Source: Octopus sinensis (lineage: Eukaryota). From it: a stretch of DNA of 64,000 bases. Shown in pieces: positions 51,678 through 64,000 of the stretch. How positions within the stretch are numbered: position 1 is the first letter of the stretch; each line of letters begins with the position of its first letter. Below the pieces are notes generated by a model that saw only the letters and a program-made list of their open reading frames with translations, ran no database searches and was not told the origin of the DNA. The stretch is from contig NC_043014.1 of NCBI RefSeq assembly GCF_006345805.1, positions 41,788,001 through 41,852,000 on the forward strand, written 5' to 3'. Position numbers and translations under genes: made by a program.

Positions 51678-52144
51678 AGTATCGTCAATCACATTAGTTT
51701 TTGTAGTTAAGTGGTACTGCTTGTGTATACCTCCAGAGAAATGATAGGTTAAACGAACTTGGTAGGATTTGAACTCAAGATATAACCATAAACCGAAATG
51801 CAATTTGATATAATATTTCCACCAATCCACGCATTTTGTTTTAGCTTATATTGATAAATTTTTTAAACCGGTAGCCCAGATTTTATAGCTATGAACGCAA
51901 TGAAAATGGTGCATTCGATTTAAAACTCTTCTCATCAGAATGGAGTTCGATTTTCCTCTTTGTTTTAAACACATTGTCACATACCATTGAATAGTAAAGA
52001 TATTTTATAGAAATACTAACATGCAATACATATTTTAAACTAATCTATTCAAATATCCCCCCCCAAGAATTATTTAATATTGCGATAGTATATATATATA
52101 TATATATATATATATTTTATTAAACTTTTATACTTTGATATATT

Positions 52145-52194
<50 letters not shown>

Positions 52195-52380
52195 GTAAAT
52201 AAAATAAATTAATTAATTAATAATAAATAATATATAAGTATAAAAATATACATACATATATATATATGTATATTTGTATATATATATAAAATTTATAAGT
52301 TTAAATTATTTAAATAATTTTTTATTTTTAACTATGTTTTTCACTGTTTGATATGCCTAATAGTGGTTTTATCTCTAATT

Positions 52381-52423
<43 letters not shown>

Positions 52424-52713
52424 CAGGTATATATGATGGTACGAATTTTGTGTTAAAAATTGATATCGCTAATATCTCAGTAATTATAATAAGAATGAGA
52501 TCACCTTAAACACCTTTCACTTTAAATTTTTTTGGTGACCCCCAAGTCATTAATTACCAAATAAACAAAGACAATAAGTTCACTAAAAGACCTGACAGTG
52601 AAACCAGTAGAAACACACAACAGGGGCTTAACAAAACACTAACAACAATTATGATATTAATCAAAAAGAAAGTGCAAAGATTTACAACTCCGTTTTGCAT
52701 TCATTTACAAAAG

Positions 52714-52841
52714 GAAATTCAACAAAAGCCAATTTTCCACCCATCTCGGGTTTCCTTGTTGAGTTCGTTGTTTTCTAACCGCAAAATTTTCTGTACAAGA
52801 AGACCAATTATATTTAGCGTTAGAGACAAATTAGAGACAAT
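52714..52841 (+). CDS. Probable coding exon (128 nt, phase 0-2): EIQQKPIFHPSRVSLLSSLFSNRKIFCTRRPIIFSVRDKLET
   Basis: Donor aat|GTGAGT; acceptor ctccgttttgcattcatttacaaaAG (AAG, weaker); phase bridges 44134 and 56041. Confidence 0.45.
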
Positions 52842-52898
52842 GTGAGTGCAGAATGTGTTCACGTTGGGGTTGCACTTGAGTTCTAGGTTTTATCCTTA

Positions 52899-53284
52899 AC
52901 TAGCAGTATCGCCCGGCGTTGCTCAGGTTTGTAAGGGAAATAACTATAAAGCATTTTTAGAGAGTTATAGCCAAAAAATAGCAAAAAAATGGAAAAAAAT
53001 GATGATAAATTTTTTTTGAGAGTAAAAAAAGGTGGAGTTGCGTCCCCTAGACAGTTTGCGGTTTGTGTTTCTGATTCTCGACCCCATGTCGAATTTATCG
53101 ATTTTTTTCAGAACTGGGGGAACTTTTCAAAATTTTCGCTGCGTTAGTTTTGAATTATGACATTGGGCTATGTGTGTGTCAAGTTTCATCAGAATCGGTT
53201 GAAAGCCGTGGTCAGGGTGAGGGTACAAGCAAACAGACACACAGAAACACGCACAGACAAACTGCCGTTTATATAGAGAGAGAT
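52899..53284 (+). mobile_element. Non-autonomous Helentron/HINE (DINE-1-like) element
   Basis: 5' actagcagtatcgcccggcgttgctc and 3' aagtttcatcagaatcggttgaaagccgt...acagacacacaga...gtttatatagagag architecture typical of HINEs. Confidence 0.7.
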
Positions 53285-53404
53285 CTATCAAATATGTTAT
53301 CGAAGAGGTTCCAGCTGTAACCATCTCTAAGAAGCATGGAATATAAAAGCCAAAGCAAAAAGCAAAAAGCAAAATTAAACCATTTGGCGCACGTATGGTT
53401 CATA

Positions 53405-53815
53405 TTGGCACGGGCTTCGCTGTGTCGTTAAGAAGCTTGCTTTGGAAGAGTTTGGTTTCGAGTTCGGTCCCATTGCACAGCACCTTTGGTACGTGTGTTC
53501 TACTAAAGCCCCAGGAGAGCCATGATGTGTGAATGAATTTGGTAGGTGGAAACTGTGCAAAGGCCATCGTAGATGTAACTATATATATATATATGCAGTG
53601 TGTGCGTGTGTGTGCTTGTCGAACTCTCTCCACTTTACAACCGGCGTTGGTTTGTTTACATCCCCGTAGCCTAGCTGCTCGACAAAAGGAACCAAAAGAA
53701 TAAGTACCACATTTAAATGAAAACAAGTACTGAGGTCGCATAGTGAGACTAAAACCCTCTTCAAGGTGGTGCCCCAGCTTGGCCATTGTCCAAGACACTG
53801 AAAAAAAAAAAACAA
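53405..53815 (+). mobile_element. Old SINE A subfamily
   Basis: Diverged head, gaatttggtaggtggaaactg, central TA/TG tract, aataagtacc...ggtggtgccccagc. Confidence 0.7.
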
Positions 53816-54100
53816 ATGACAAAAGACAAAAGACAAAAGATTAAAGATTATTTGTGATTGATTTCAGAGGGACGTGATTGATATGTTTGCCATTATGTGT
53901 GACGACATGATGGGTCTGTTCACAGCTCACGTCATATTTAATTCCTGTTGTGTAAATATTCAAGTGTAGATGTAGACACAAAGCATACAACCAAGACATT
54001 GAAAAGTGAATAACCGAGAGAAAGAACATACTATGTCTCATATGGACTTCATAACGTAATCCAAAGTTACATACATATAAATATATCTTACATTATATAT

Positions 54101-54720
54101 ATTCCTTTACTACCCTCAAGGGGGTAAACACAGAGGGGACAAACAAGGACAGACAAAGAGATTAAGTCGATTACATCGACCCCAGTGCGTAACTGGTACT
54201 TAATATATCGACCCCGAAAGGATGAAAGGCAAAGTCGACCTCGGCGGAACTTGAACTCGGAACGTAAGGACAGATGAAATACGGCTACGCATTTCGCCCA
54301 GTGTGCTAACGTTTCTGCCAGCTCGCCGCCTTTTCTTACATTATATAGACGTAGTAGTGGCTGTGTGGTAAGTAGCTTCCTTACCAACCACATGGTTCCG
54401 GGTTCAGTCCCACTCCGTGACACTTTGGCATCGGGCCGACCAAAGCCTTGTGAGTGGCTTTGGTAGACGGAAACTGAATGAAGCCCGTCGTATATATGTA
54501 TATATATGTGTGTGTATGTGTTTGTGTGTCTGTGTTTGTCCCCCAACATCGCTTGACAACCGATGCTGTTGTGTTTACGTCCACGTAACTTAGCGGTTCG
54601 GCAAAAGAGACCGATAGAATAAGTTCTAGGCTTACAAAGAATAAGTCCTGGGGTAGATTTGCTCGACTAAAGGTGGTGCTCCAGCATGGCCACAGTCAAA
54701 TGACTGAAACAAGTAAATGA
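54101..54720. mobile_element. SINE B (-, 54101-54331) head-to-head with SINE A (+, 54348-54720)
   Basis: Both elements are recognisable over most of their length. Confidence 0.9.
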
Positions 54721-55245
54721 ATATATTTTTGCATGTAATGTGTATTCAATAATATTATGCTGCATGTAAGGAATTTTCTATATCGAATCCATATAAGTAG
54801 TGAATCCATGCCAGAGAACATGTCACGGGATACATACATAATAACGCAAATGTCTTCTAGTAATAGCAGTAATTGAGATACCAAAAGCGTTCGGTAATTA
54901 AAGTTAGGTTTCATCTAAAATTATAATTAGCTCTCTCGTTATATGTTTATTTGTCTGTGCCCTTATAATATGTATATAGATGTGTGTGTGTATGTGTGTG
55001 TGTGTGTATGTGTGTGTGTGTGTGTGTATGTGTGTGTGTGTTCCAATACAAGGAAACAAGTTCCTCTTACAAGGAAGGAAACATCCAAGTTTCTTCACTG
55101 GTTTAACAGGTATAATGCCCAGTATAGTAGAAAAATATTTCTACAATACAAATGGGTATATATATATATACAATATACAAAATAATAAAAGGAACTTGGA
55201 AAGTTCAAACTGACATATGTTAATTTATTAACATAATATTTGTAA

Positions 55246-55338
55246 CCCCTGCAATTGTTTCGATTCAAACTCAAAACGAATAAATATTTATAAGAATTCA
55301 TATTTTGTAAACGTTTGAGTGAAAATCTCATCAGGGTA
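55246..55338 (-). ncRNA. Hammerhead motif with long helix II and a probably inactivating U16.1-to-C change
   Basis: Minus strand: acc CTGATGA gattttcactcaaacg...cgttttgagtttgaatc GAAAC aatt GCA ggg. Confidence 0.55.
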
Positions 55339-55504
55339 AATCAAGAGAAAAAGTTACATATTGGAAGCTTTTGAAACCCTCAAACAGACTGAATTAATCA
55401 ATTAATCGATATGTTTCTGTATGCAAGTGTGAGCATCAATAATTTTAAAAAGAATAAAACAAAGATAAAAGTAAAATCTACTATAACGGCCATAAACTTA
55501 TCCG

Positions 55505-55544
<40 letters not shown>

Positions 55545-55767
55545 TATATATATATAATGCATATATTCATGCATGCATATTTATGTATATATATATATGT
55601 AGACATACACGCATATACACATACATCTACATACAAATACAATATAGATAAAACTATCTATGCCTACGGCTAGATATACTCACACATAGCAACGCGCATA
55701 CTTGCAACAAACCAGAGACTATTATATACATACACATATATATATATATATATATGCATATATATAA

Positions 55768-55847
<80 letters not shown>

Positions 55848-55861
55848 TATGCATATATATA

Positions 55862-55892
<31 letters not shown>

Positions 55893-56040
55893 TGTAGAAA
55901 ATATATGTTTTGTGTTGCCCCGTAGACGTAGTCACCATACATCTCCTAGGTGATAAATGGTTCGGTGGATCAGCGACCAGGAAAATAGGTAAAGAGCTAT
56001 CATTCAACCATTCATTACATCCTTCATTTTTGTCTTTTAG

Positions 56041-56176
56041 CGTCGAAGAAGAAGAAGCTTATCAGTTTAGAAACAAGCTGTCATTGAACCCTAGAAGACG
56101 TTACATAAACCAGCTTGGCGTTTCAGAAAGCTTCAAGTCTCGTCTCCAGCTTGCTCCATTCATTGAAGAGAATCTA
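56041..56176 (+). CDS. Probable coding exon (136 nt, phase 2-0): VEEEEAYQFRNKLSLNPRRRYINQLGVSESFKSRLQLAPFIEENL
   Basis: Acceptor ccttcatttttgtcttttAG, donor cta|GTAAGG; non-repetitive, protein-like open frame. Confidence 0.65.
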
Positions 56177-56502
56177 GTAAGGGTTTCTTAGGCATCTGTG
56201 TAATGTCTTAAACTCTCAGAGACTGAAAATAAACGTATAAATGTTTACTAGTAGCACTTATCGGTTAAGTGCGAAGATGCGAAGATACAGCATAAAGGGA
56301 AGTTTAACAGTTAACTCTGTACATAAGTACATACTCTGTTTTTCACTCTTCTACTTGTTTCAGTCATTTGACTGCGGCCATTCTGGAGCACCGCCTTTAT
56401 TCGAGCAAATCGACCCCCTAAGCTTAATCCGAATCTTCTACTTCACCCTTACCTTAAACCTAACTTAGATTTTTGAAAGCTTGCTCTAACTATATTGACG
56501 TG

Positions 56503-56880
56503 GCAAGCTGGTTAAAACGTTAGCACGTCGGGCGAAATGCTTAGCAGTATTCCGTCTGTCTTAGTGTTCTGAGTTTAAATTCTGCCGAGTTCAACTTTGC
56601 CTTTCATCCTTTCGGGGTCGATTAAATATGTACCAGTTACGCACTGGGGTCAATATAATCGACTTAATCCGTTTGTCTGTCCTTGTTTGTCCCCTCTGTG
56701 TATCCCCTTGTGGGCAGTAAAGAAATAGGTATTTCGTCTGTCTTTTATGTTCTGAGTTCAAATTCCGCCGAGGTCAACTTTGCCTTTTATCCTTTCGGGG
56801 TCAATAAATTAAGTACTGGATCGATTTAATCGACTGGCCCCCTCCCCCAAAATTTCGGGCCTTGTGCCTAGAGTAGAAAA
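56503..56880 (+). mobile_element. SINE B, head plus tandem bodies
   Basis: Junction aaagaaataggtatttcgtctgtc at ~56720; the second unit has the variant tail gccttgtgcctagagtagaaaa. Confidence 0.88.
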
Positions 56881-58009
56881 TATCGAGGTTTCGCAGATGA
56901 AACTATGTTAACACTTCCTGCTGCTGTTTCCTTCAAGGATCTTCCACATTTAAACTCTTGCAAAATTCTCGACCGGGTTAAAATACTTAAGAAAGAAAGA
57001 GAACTAAAAGAAATGGAGAGCAAAAAACAAAAAACAAAAACAAAAAAAATTCATAGCATTAATATATTTTGCGATGTCAGATAAATTCCTCGGTTTCATT
57101 ACAATATTTTTTTAATTAACCAGAAAATTATTTTTATCAGAGTGTTTATGTATATATATATATATATTGCTTTTGAAGTTCTGTTCTTTCTGTATAACTG
57201 TATAACATTTGTTTCTCTCGATGTTTTTAATTATTTCTTTTTAACAACACAAGTTATATATATATGTATATATACATACATATATACTTATATATATTCG
57301 TCGGGCGTCTTTCAGTTTCCGTCTACTAAATCCACTCACAAGGCTTTGGTCGGTCCGAGGCTATAGTAGAAGACACTTGCCCAAGGTGTCACGAAGTAGG
57401 TCTGAACCCAGAACCATGTGGTTGAGAAGAAAACCTCTTAGCACATAGCCACATATTGACACTTCCAAAAGACGTTTTTGTTATTATTTAGTATCCTTTA
57501 TTTTATCTATTAGTTCTCTTTCTTTAAGTTGGTTAACCCGGTTCGAGAATTCTGCAGTGTTTGAATATAAAAAAATTTGTAGAATGACACAGCTGTAGGT
57601 AGAGTTCACATATTTTATATGCAAAAGCCCAAAATTGATTGAGTGAGCTTTCATAAATCTGACATGACGGTACACAGAGCAATTACTTATTTTTGTTTAT
57701 TTTAATTTAACATAATTATTTGCTTCTTCCTTGTTATCTTAATTTTGAGCCTTGCCACCGTGCTGGTGGTCGGTCAGCTTTGCTGTATAAATCATTCAGC
57801 GAGAAGTATGTATACTTATGAATAAACACTATTAAACTAACATATATGCATTAAAGTAACATATACGCATAAACACGTATACGAATGTAGACAATTACTT
57901 GCACACATGAACAAACATAAATGCATATGTATGCGTATATATGTTGGCGTGAGCTGCATATATGTGCATATGAATTTTTGTGTGTGTGTATGTATGTATG
58001 TATGTGTAC

Positions 58010-58200
58010 TATAGGAGGGATGCTGAAAAGTTCCTGCCTTTGGGTAAAAGAAAATAGAAGAGGACCAGTTAATAATGATTTTATTCAACATATTCTCCTC
58101 TCAGATTGACGCACTTATTGCAACGGTCCTTCAGTTTTTCTAAACCATGTAAGAAGGTTGGGCCGCCAGCAGAGCATTTTGCGATACCCTTAAAACCATG
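58010..58200 (-). mobile_element. Mariner 3'-terminal fragment with transposase C-terminus
   Basis: GLEKLKDRCNKCVNLRGEYVE* (mariner-type C-terminus); TIR-like ggagggatgctgaaaagttcctg. Confidence 0.8.
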
Positions 58201-58226
58201 AAAACACACACACTCATAACACATAT

Positions 58227-58344
<118 letters not shown>

Positions 58345-58571
58345 TATATACGACGGGTTTTTTTCTCAGTTTCCGTCTACCAAATCCACTCACAATGCCT
58401 TAATCGGCCCGAGGCTATAGTAGAAGATACCTGCCCAACGTGCCACGCAGTCGGACTGAACCGGAACCATGTGGCTGAGAATAAAGCTTCTTACCACACA
58501 GCCACAGGGAGAAAAAGAGAGTGAGAGAGAGTGAGAGGGAGTCACAGATATATATATATGTATATATACAG

Positions 58572-58629
<58 letters not shown>

Positions 58630-58632
58630 ATG

Positions 58633-58682
<50 letters not shown>

Positions 58683-58995
58683 CATCATTATGTAATGCAG
58701 GACGCGTTGCCACGGAGGAACTCATTGTTATATTCCAGTGTTTTCCCACGGACTGGATATCACATTGAAACCACATTATTAGTGTCAGATTCGTTCTTAT
58801 CTGAGATCAACTTCGAATCACCTCATTTATGAATCTTATATTCTCACTGTCTGTCTATATTCTGATTCCAGCACTCGAATACTAAAACAATCGCGAACGT
58901 GTTGTGGATTGCCTTATAGAAACGTATGTATAAATGTATGTGCGTATATATGTATAAGTATGTGTTTGTGTGCCAATGCATGTACATACATATGC

Positions 58996-59072
<77 letters not shown>

Positions 59073-59370
59073 AAACAAGTCAAGATAGAAAATGCTAAAA
59101 TAATTTTATAAAGAACATTTCAGTACCGGTTTCAGTCATTTGAGACCTTTTCAACTGTAACGATTAAATAATTAAATTTAGAAAAATTAAAAGAAAAGAT
59201 TTTTTTAAAGAATATTTGTATAGTGTTCAAATATAAGTGGCATTTTCCTTGTTTGTGCCTTTCTCTGTCTCTCTTGTTTACACTTGTGGGTTCGAGGTCG
59301 TTGTGAATACTTGGTAAGGAAGAAGAAGAAGGAGGAGGAGAAGGGAGGAGTATATATATATATATATCTA

Positions 59371-59745
59371 CTCTTTTTATTCTTTTACTTGTTTCAGTCA
59401 TTTGACTGCGGCCATGCTGGAGCACCGCCTTTAATCGAGCAACTCAACCCCGGGACTTATTCTTTTTGTAAGCCCAGTATTTATTCTATCGGTCTCTTTT
59501 GCCGAACCGCTAAGTAACGGGGACATAAACACACCAGCATCGGTTGTCAAGCAATCCTAGGGGGATAAACACAAACACATATACGCATATATATATATAC
59601 ATATATTCGACGGGCTTCTTTCAGTTTCCGTCTACCAAATCCACTCACAAGGCATTGGTCGGCCCGGGGCTATAGTAGAAGACACTTTGCCCAAGATGCC
59701 ACGCTGTGGGACTGAACCCGGAACCATGTGGTTGGTTAGCAAGTT
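59371..59745 (-). mobile_element. SINE A
   Basis: Tail through most of the head. Confidence 0.9.
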
Positions 59746-59871
59746 ACAATCATTTTGAAGGGAAATGGAAATTAATAGAAATTTTCACTTCCAGTGGCCT
59801 AGCGTGTAAAACTTTTGTCCAAAGACTATGTATTACTCATAAAATGTACATTTAAACACATAAGGAATCCA

Positions 59872-60110
59872 CTCGTGGGATTCAGCGCGCTAGAAAGAAC
59901 AGCTAGGTTCTATAACCATAAAATTAGGGATAAAATCCGACAGGAACGAAATGAAAAAGTAAAAACTTTTACCATCTAATTTCCTGGACAAATTGGTTTC
60001 TGATTTTAGCTTAGCAAATAAATAATATTCGCTAGGTGAAATCTTCGTCAACAGGTACACCAGTGGTTATAGAACCTAGCTGTTCTTTCTAGCGTGTTGA
60101 ATACCACGAG
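59872..60110. repeat. Inverted repeat, ~47-bp arms, ~145-bp spacer
   Basis: gctagaaagaacagctaggttctataacca / tggttatagaacctagctgttctttctagc is a perfect 30-bp core. Confidence 0.9.
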
Positions 60111-60203
60111 GTTTATTACAGAGGTCGATGTCAGAAAAATATCCTTTGTTCTCAAAACTTTGCTGGCCTTACGCCTAATTTTGAAACAATTTTTATTTTT
60201 AAA

Positions 60204-60498
60204 TACCCACACCTCCTCGACTTACGACCTATGCGACTTGCCACCAAACGCACTTACGACTACAATAAATAAATAAATAATCCATTTTCAGACGTTGGAC
60301 CGCTGTGCGTACGATAACTATGGCAGCATCTGGCAACGTAGGCCTCCCTCAGACCCAGGCATCCACTGTCTACCACTGTTTCTCAGTCGCGTTTAAGCCG
60401 AAAATAGTGCTGGAAAATACAAATCCGACATACGACCAGCTCGACTTACGAGGTGTCAGTCGCAAAAGCACTTGGTCGTAAGTCGAGGAGAAGGTGTA
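60204..60498. mobile_element. Tigger/pogo-like MITE
   Basis: TIR core ctcctcgacttacgacc / ggtcgtaagtcgaggag, TA-flanked, with internal cgacttacga repeats. Confidence 0.8.
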
Positions 60499-60970
60499 CG
60501 ATCAATATAAGATTAATTATACGTATTTTTTGATTTAGGAAGACGGTCGACAAATTCGACAGTGGAGATTGTTGTTGTTAGCCGATACCCTCTCAACGTC
60601 GGATACGCTACTTTTCCTGCTTCCAGATGGAGGGCATAAAAAATAAAGTCGACATCGAAGAGATATGAAGTCAAATTGTTAAAAATCAAAAGAAATATCT
60701 CAAAGAGTCAAGACTATTGAAAAGGTTGCAAGACGCAACGAAAATTTTAGGAAAATAAAAATAAGAAATAAGTGGTAATTTTACCGATGAGTGTGTTACA
60801 TTATAAGGCACAAAAAGAAAATGACTCTCCCCAGACACAACATAATATGCTTCAACACACGAACTCATATAAAGAATCTTGCAAACCAAATCCAAAAACG
60901 AAATATCTCAAAGAGTTTCACCAATGTATACAAACAGACACACACACGCATATATATATATATATATATA

Positions 60971-61360
60971 TATGTATATTTGTGTGTGTGTTTGTCCCCA
61001 CAACATCGCTTAAGAACCGATGTTGCTGTGTTTACGTCCCCGTAACTTACCGGTTCGGCAAAAGAGACCGATAGAGTAAGTACTGGGCTTACAAATAATT
61101 AAGTCCTGGGATCAATTTGCTCAACTAAAGGCTGCTGGTACTTATTTAATCGACCCCGAAAAGATGAAAGACAAAGTCGACCTCGGCGGAATTTGAACTC
61201 AGAATGTAGCGACAGACGAGAAACTGCTAAGCATTCCCCCGGCGCCGGCGTGCTAACGATTCTGCCAGCTCATCGCCCCTTCATCTCTTACGTCTTGGCA
61301 TGAAGTTAAAGAGAACAGAGCTAGCCGAGAAGAAATAGTTCAGTCTTGTTGTGTTGTGAC
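60971..61360. repeat. Composite (SINE A 3' half + SINE B(-) + unique ~80 bp), duplicated at 63535-63924
   Basis: Offset 2564 bp; shared diagnostic variants acttaccggtt, gatagagtaag and cagaatgtagcgacagacgagaaac. Confidence 0.9.
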
Positions 61361-61619
61361 ATTCAATCTTTTCGCCGTCTTTGCTTTAAGGACACAAAAA
61401 TGTGATTACAATTATCATCGTCATTGTTGTTGCGGCTGCTGACGCCTTTTGATGGTCTCTTCCTCTAAGTAGTTGGACTTTGAGAATTATCCACGGAGAC
61501 AATTTTCAACTTCGTTTCGAATTCTCACCACTGTTGTAGATGTCGTTATTGTTGTTCTTGTTCACGTTCGTGCTGCCATTCCTCATAGTATTGTTTTATA
61601 CTTATTTTCAGTATTTCTT

Positions 61620-61985
61620 TTTTTTTTCTTTTATTTGTTTCAGTCATTTGACTGCGGCCATGCTGGAGCACCGCCTGTAGTCGAGCAACTCGATCCCGGG
61701 ACTTATTCTTTTGCCGAACCGCTAATTAACGGAGACATAAATACACCAGCATCGGTTGCTAGAGGGACAAACACAGACACACAAACACATACACGCATAC
61801 ATATATATATATACATATATACGACGGGCTTCTTTCAGTTTCCGTCTACCAAATCCACTCACAAGGCTTTGGTCGGCCCGAGGCTATAGTGGAAGACACT
61901 TGCCCAAGGTGCCAAGCAGTGGGACCGAACCCAGAACCATGTGGTTGGTAAACAAGCTACTTACCACACAACCACTCCTGCGCCT
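61620..61985 (-). mobile_element. SINE A with internal deletion
   Basis: Tail to head (accactcctgcgcct). Confidence 0.9.
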
Positions 61986-62029
61986 ATGATTCTTGTTGTT
62001 GCTGATGTTGCTGCTGTTGTTATTGTAGC

Positions 62030-62223
62030 AGTAGTAGTACTAGTAGTAGCAACAGCAGCAGTTATAGTAGTAGTAGTAGTAGTAGCAGCAGCAGTTGTAG
62101 TAGTATGTAGTAGCAGCAGCAGTATCAGTAGTAGTGGTAGTAGCAGCAGTTGTAGTAGTATGTAGTAGCAGCAGCAGTATCAGTAGTAGTGGTAGTAGTA
62201 GTAGTATGTAGTAGTAGTAGTAT

Positions 62224-62259
<36 letters not shown>

Positions 62260-62305
62260 TCAGTAGTAGTTGTAGTAGTAGTAGTAGTAGTAGTAGTAGT
62301 TGTTG
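62030..62305. repeat. (TAG/CAG)n trinucleotide tract
   Basis: agtagtagt runs with agc variants. Confidence 0.95.
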
Positions 62306-62420
62306 TCGGTGTTGTTTTCATCTTCTGTATTCTCTCCGTATTGCTTCTCGTTTTTCTTCCTCTGAGCGCCATCTTTCACTCGCTCACATGGACGAAATAA
62401 AAGTCACGATAGAAAAGTGG

Positions 62421-62459
<39 letters not shown>

Positions 62460-62572
62460 ATTTAGAGTGTGTATATGTGTGTGCGCGCGTGCGTGTGTGT
62501 GTGTGTGAGAGAGAGAGAGAGAAAGAAAAAGAGTGAGGAAATAGATAGTGTGAGAAAGAAAGCGGGAGAAAG

Positions 62573-62687
<115 letters not shown>

Positions 62688-63339
62688 CAGACAGACGAAC
62701 GGAATGAGAGAGATTCAGAGCGACAGAGAGGGACTGACAGATAGAGTAAGACGGAGAGGAAATGAGATAAGAAAGTGAGGGAGGAAAGGACAGAAAGAGT
62801 GAGAAAAAGAGGGAGTAGAATGTAGCGATGAGGGATGAAAGAGAAGGAAAGAGAGAGAATGAAAGAGATGAGACAGAGACCCAGACATAGAGGAAGAAAG
62901 AGAGAAAGAGGAAGTGAGAAACTGATAGTTAAGGCCACCGACCCTCTAACCGGATATCTCCCTAGGGGCCATTCCCTCTTCGCCTTGTTTTCAGAGGTTT
63001 TCAGCCCCTGTCCAATGGAGCTCTAGTTAAAACACCTGGTTTTTATATAGAAGGCATGGGATCATGCGTGCAACTGGAAGCATTGGCAAGTCAAGAATGG
63101 AAAGCCATCAGTTCTCGATCGAGGGTAACTCGATATTGGTCTGCGAGCGCGGACTTGGGAGAACGGGGTTGTCAGCAGCGGGAACCTGTGCAGGTGTTCA
63201 GGGGATTAAATGTCACGCGGCCGTTTCTCAAGACGTCGACCACCGCTCGCATGCTGACATACACCACACACACACGCACACACACACACACACACATGCA
63301 CACACAAACACTGGCACACAATCGAACATTCTATATATA

Positions 63340-63845
63340 AGCGCAGGAGTGGCTGTGTAGTAAGTAGCTGGTTTACCAACAATATGATTCTGGGTTCAGT
63401 CCCACTGCGTGGCACCTTGAGCAAGTGTTTTCTACTATAGCCTCGGGCTGACCAAAGCCTTGTGAGTGGATTTGGTAGACGGAAGCTGAACGAAGCCCGT
63501 CGTGTATACACACACACACACACACACATATATATATGTATATTTGTTTGTGTGTTTGTGTTTGTCCCAACAACATCGCTTGAGAACTGATGTTGCTGTG
63601 TTTACGTCCCCGTAACTTACCGGTTCGGCAAAAGCGACCGATAGAGTAAGTACTGGGCTTACAAAGAATAAGTCCTGGGATCAATTTGCTCGACTAAAGG
63701 CTGGTACTTATTTAATCGACCCCGAAAAGATGAAAGACAAAGTCGACCTCGGCGGAATTTGAACTCAGAATGTAGCGACAGACGAGAAACTGCTAAGCAT
63801 TCCCCCCCGGCGTGCTAACGATTCTACCAGCTCACCGCCCTTCAT
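63340..63845. mobile_element. SINE A (+) fused to SINE B (-)
   Basis: Head gcgcaggagtggctgtgtagg; junction ctaaaggct|ggtacttatttaatcg at ~63702. Confidence 0.9.
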
Positions 63846-64000
63846 CTCTTACGTCTTGGCATGAAGTTAAAGAGAACAGAGCTAACTGAGAAGAAATAGT
63901 TCCGTCTTAGTGTTGCGTTGTGACGCGATCATGATTTCTGTAGAAGGCGGATGACACGGAGACCAAGCCCTTAGCAGGGTTTTAAAGCAGGGAGATCATT

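Noticed and set aside
51900-51945. Further HHR-like strings (also ~23609, ~42910, ~45878 and ~47179)
   Set aside because: CTGANGA is present, but GAAA, the cleavage triplet or the helices are missing, so they were not called.
56899-57593. Downstream exon candidates (56899 ETMLTLPAAVSF...; ~57526 WLTRFENSAVFEYKK...)
   Set aside because: Their phases do not connect to exon 56176 without an additional unsupported exon, and donors are uncertain.

Overview
Eukaryotic, AT-rich, microsatellite-saturated DNA. The repeat landscape looks like an octopus (cephalopod) genome; this is inferred from the SINE, mariner and Penelope repertoire, not from a database search. Almost all ORFs in the supplied track are translations of (TA)n, (CA)n, (TATC)n or SINE sequence. 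The window contains: (i) dozens of tRNA-headed SINE copies from about 4-5 modular families (my labels A-E), including chimeras and tandem arrays; (ii) a full-length but decayed DD34D mariner with TIRs (25376-26667) plus mariner, Tc1, Tigger, hAT and HINE/Helentron-like fragments; (iii) LINE relics (RTE, CRE, Penelope GIY-YIG); (iv) many type I hammerhead-ribozyme (HHR) motifs of the Penelope pseudo-LTR kind, including a perfect 203-bp-arm palindrome with an intact HHR on each strand (36185-36602); (v) several foldback elements; (vi) probable small + strand coding exons of an unidentified long-intron host gene (best: 44075-44134, 52714-52841, 56041-56176, phase-compatible). There is a 100-N assembly gap at 13650-13749. 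No rRNA, bona fide tRNA or CRISPR was found. All alignments and RNA folds were done by eye.
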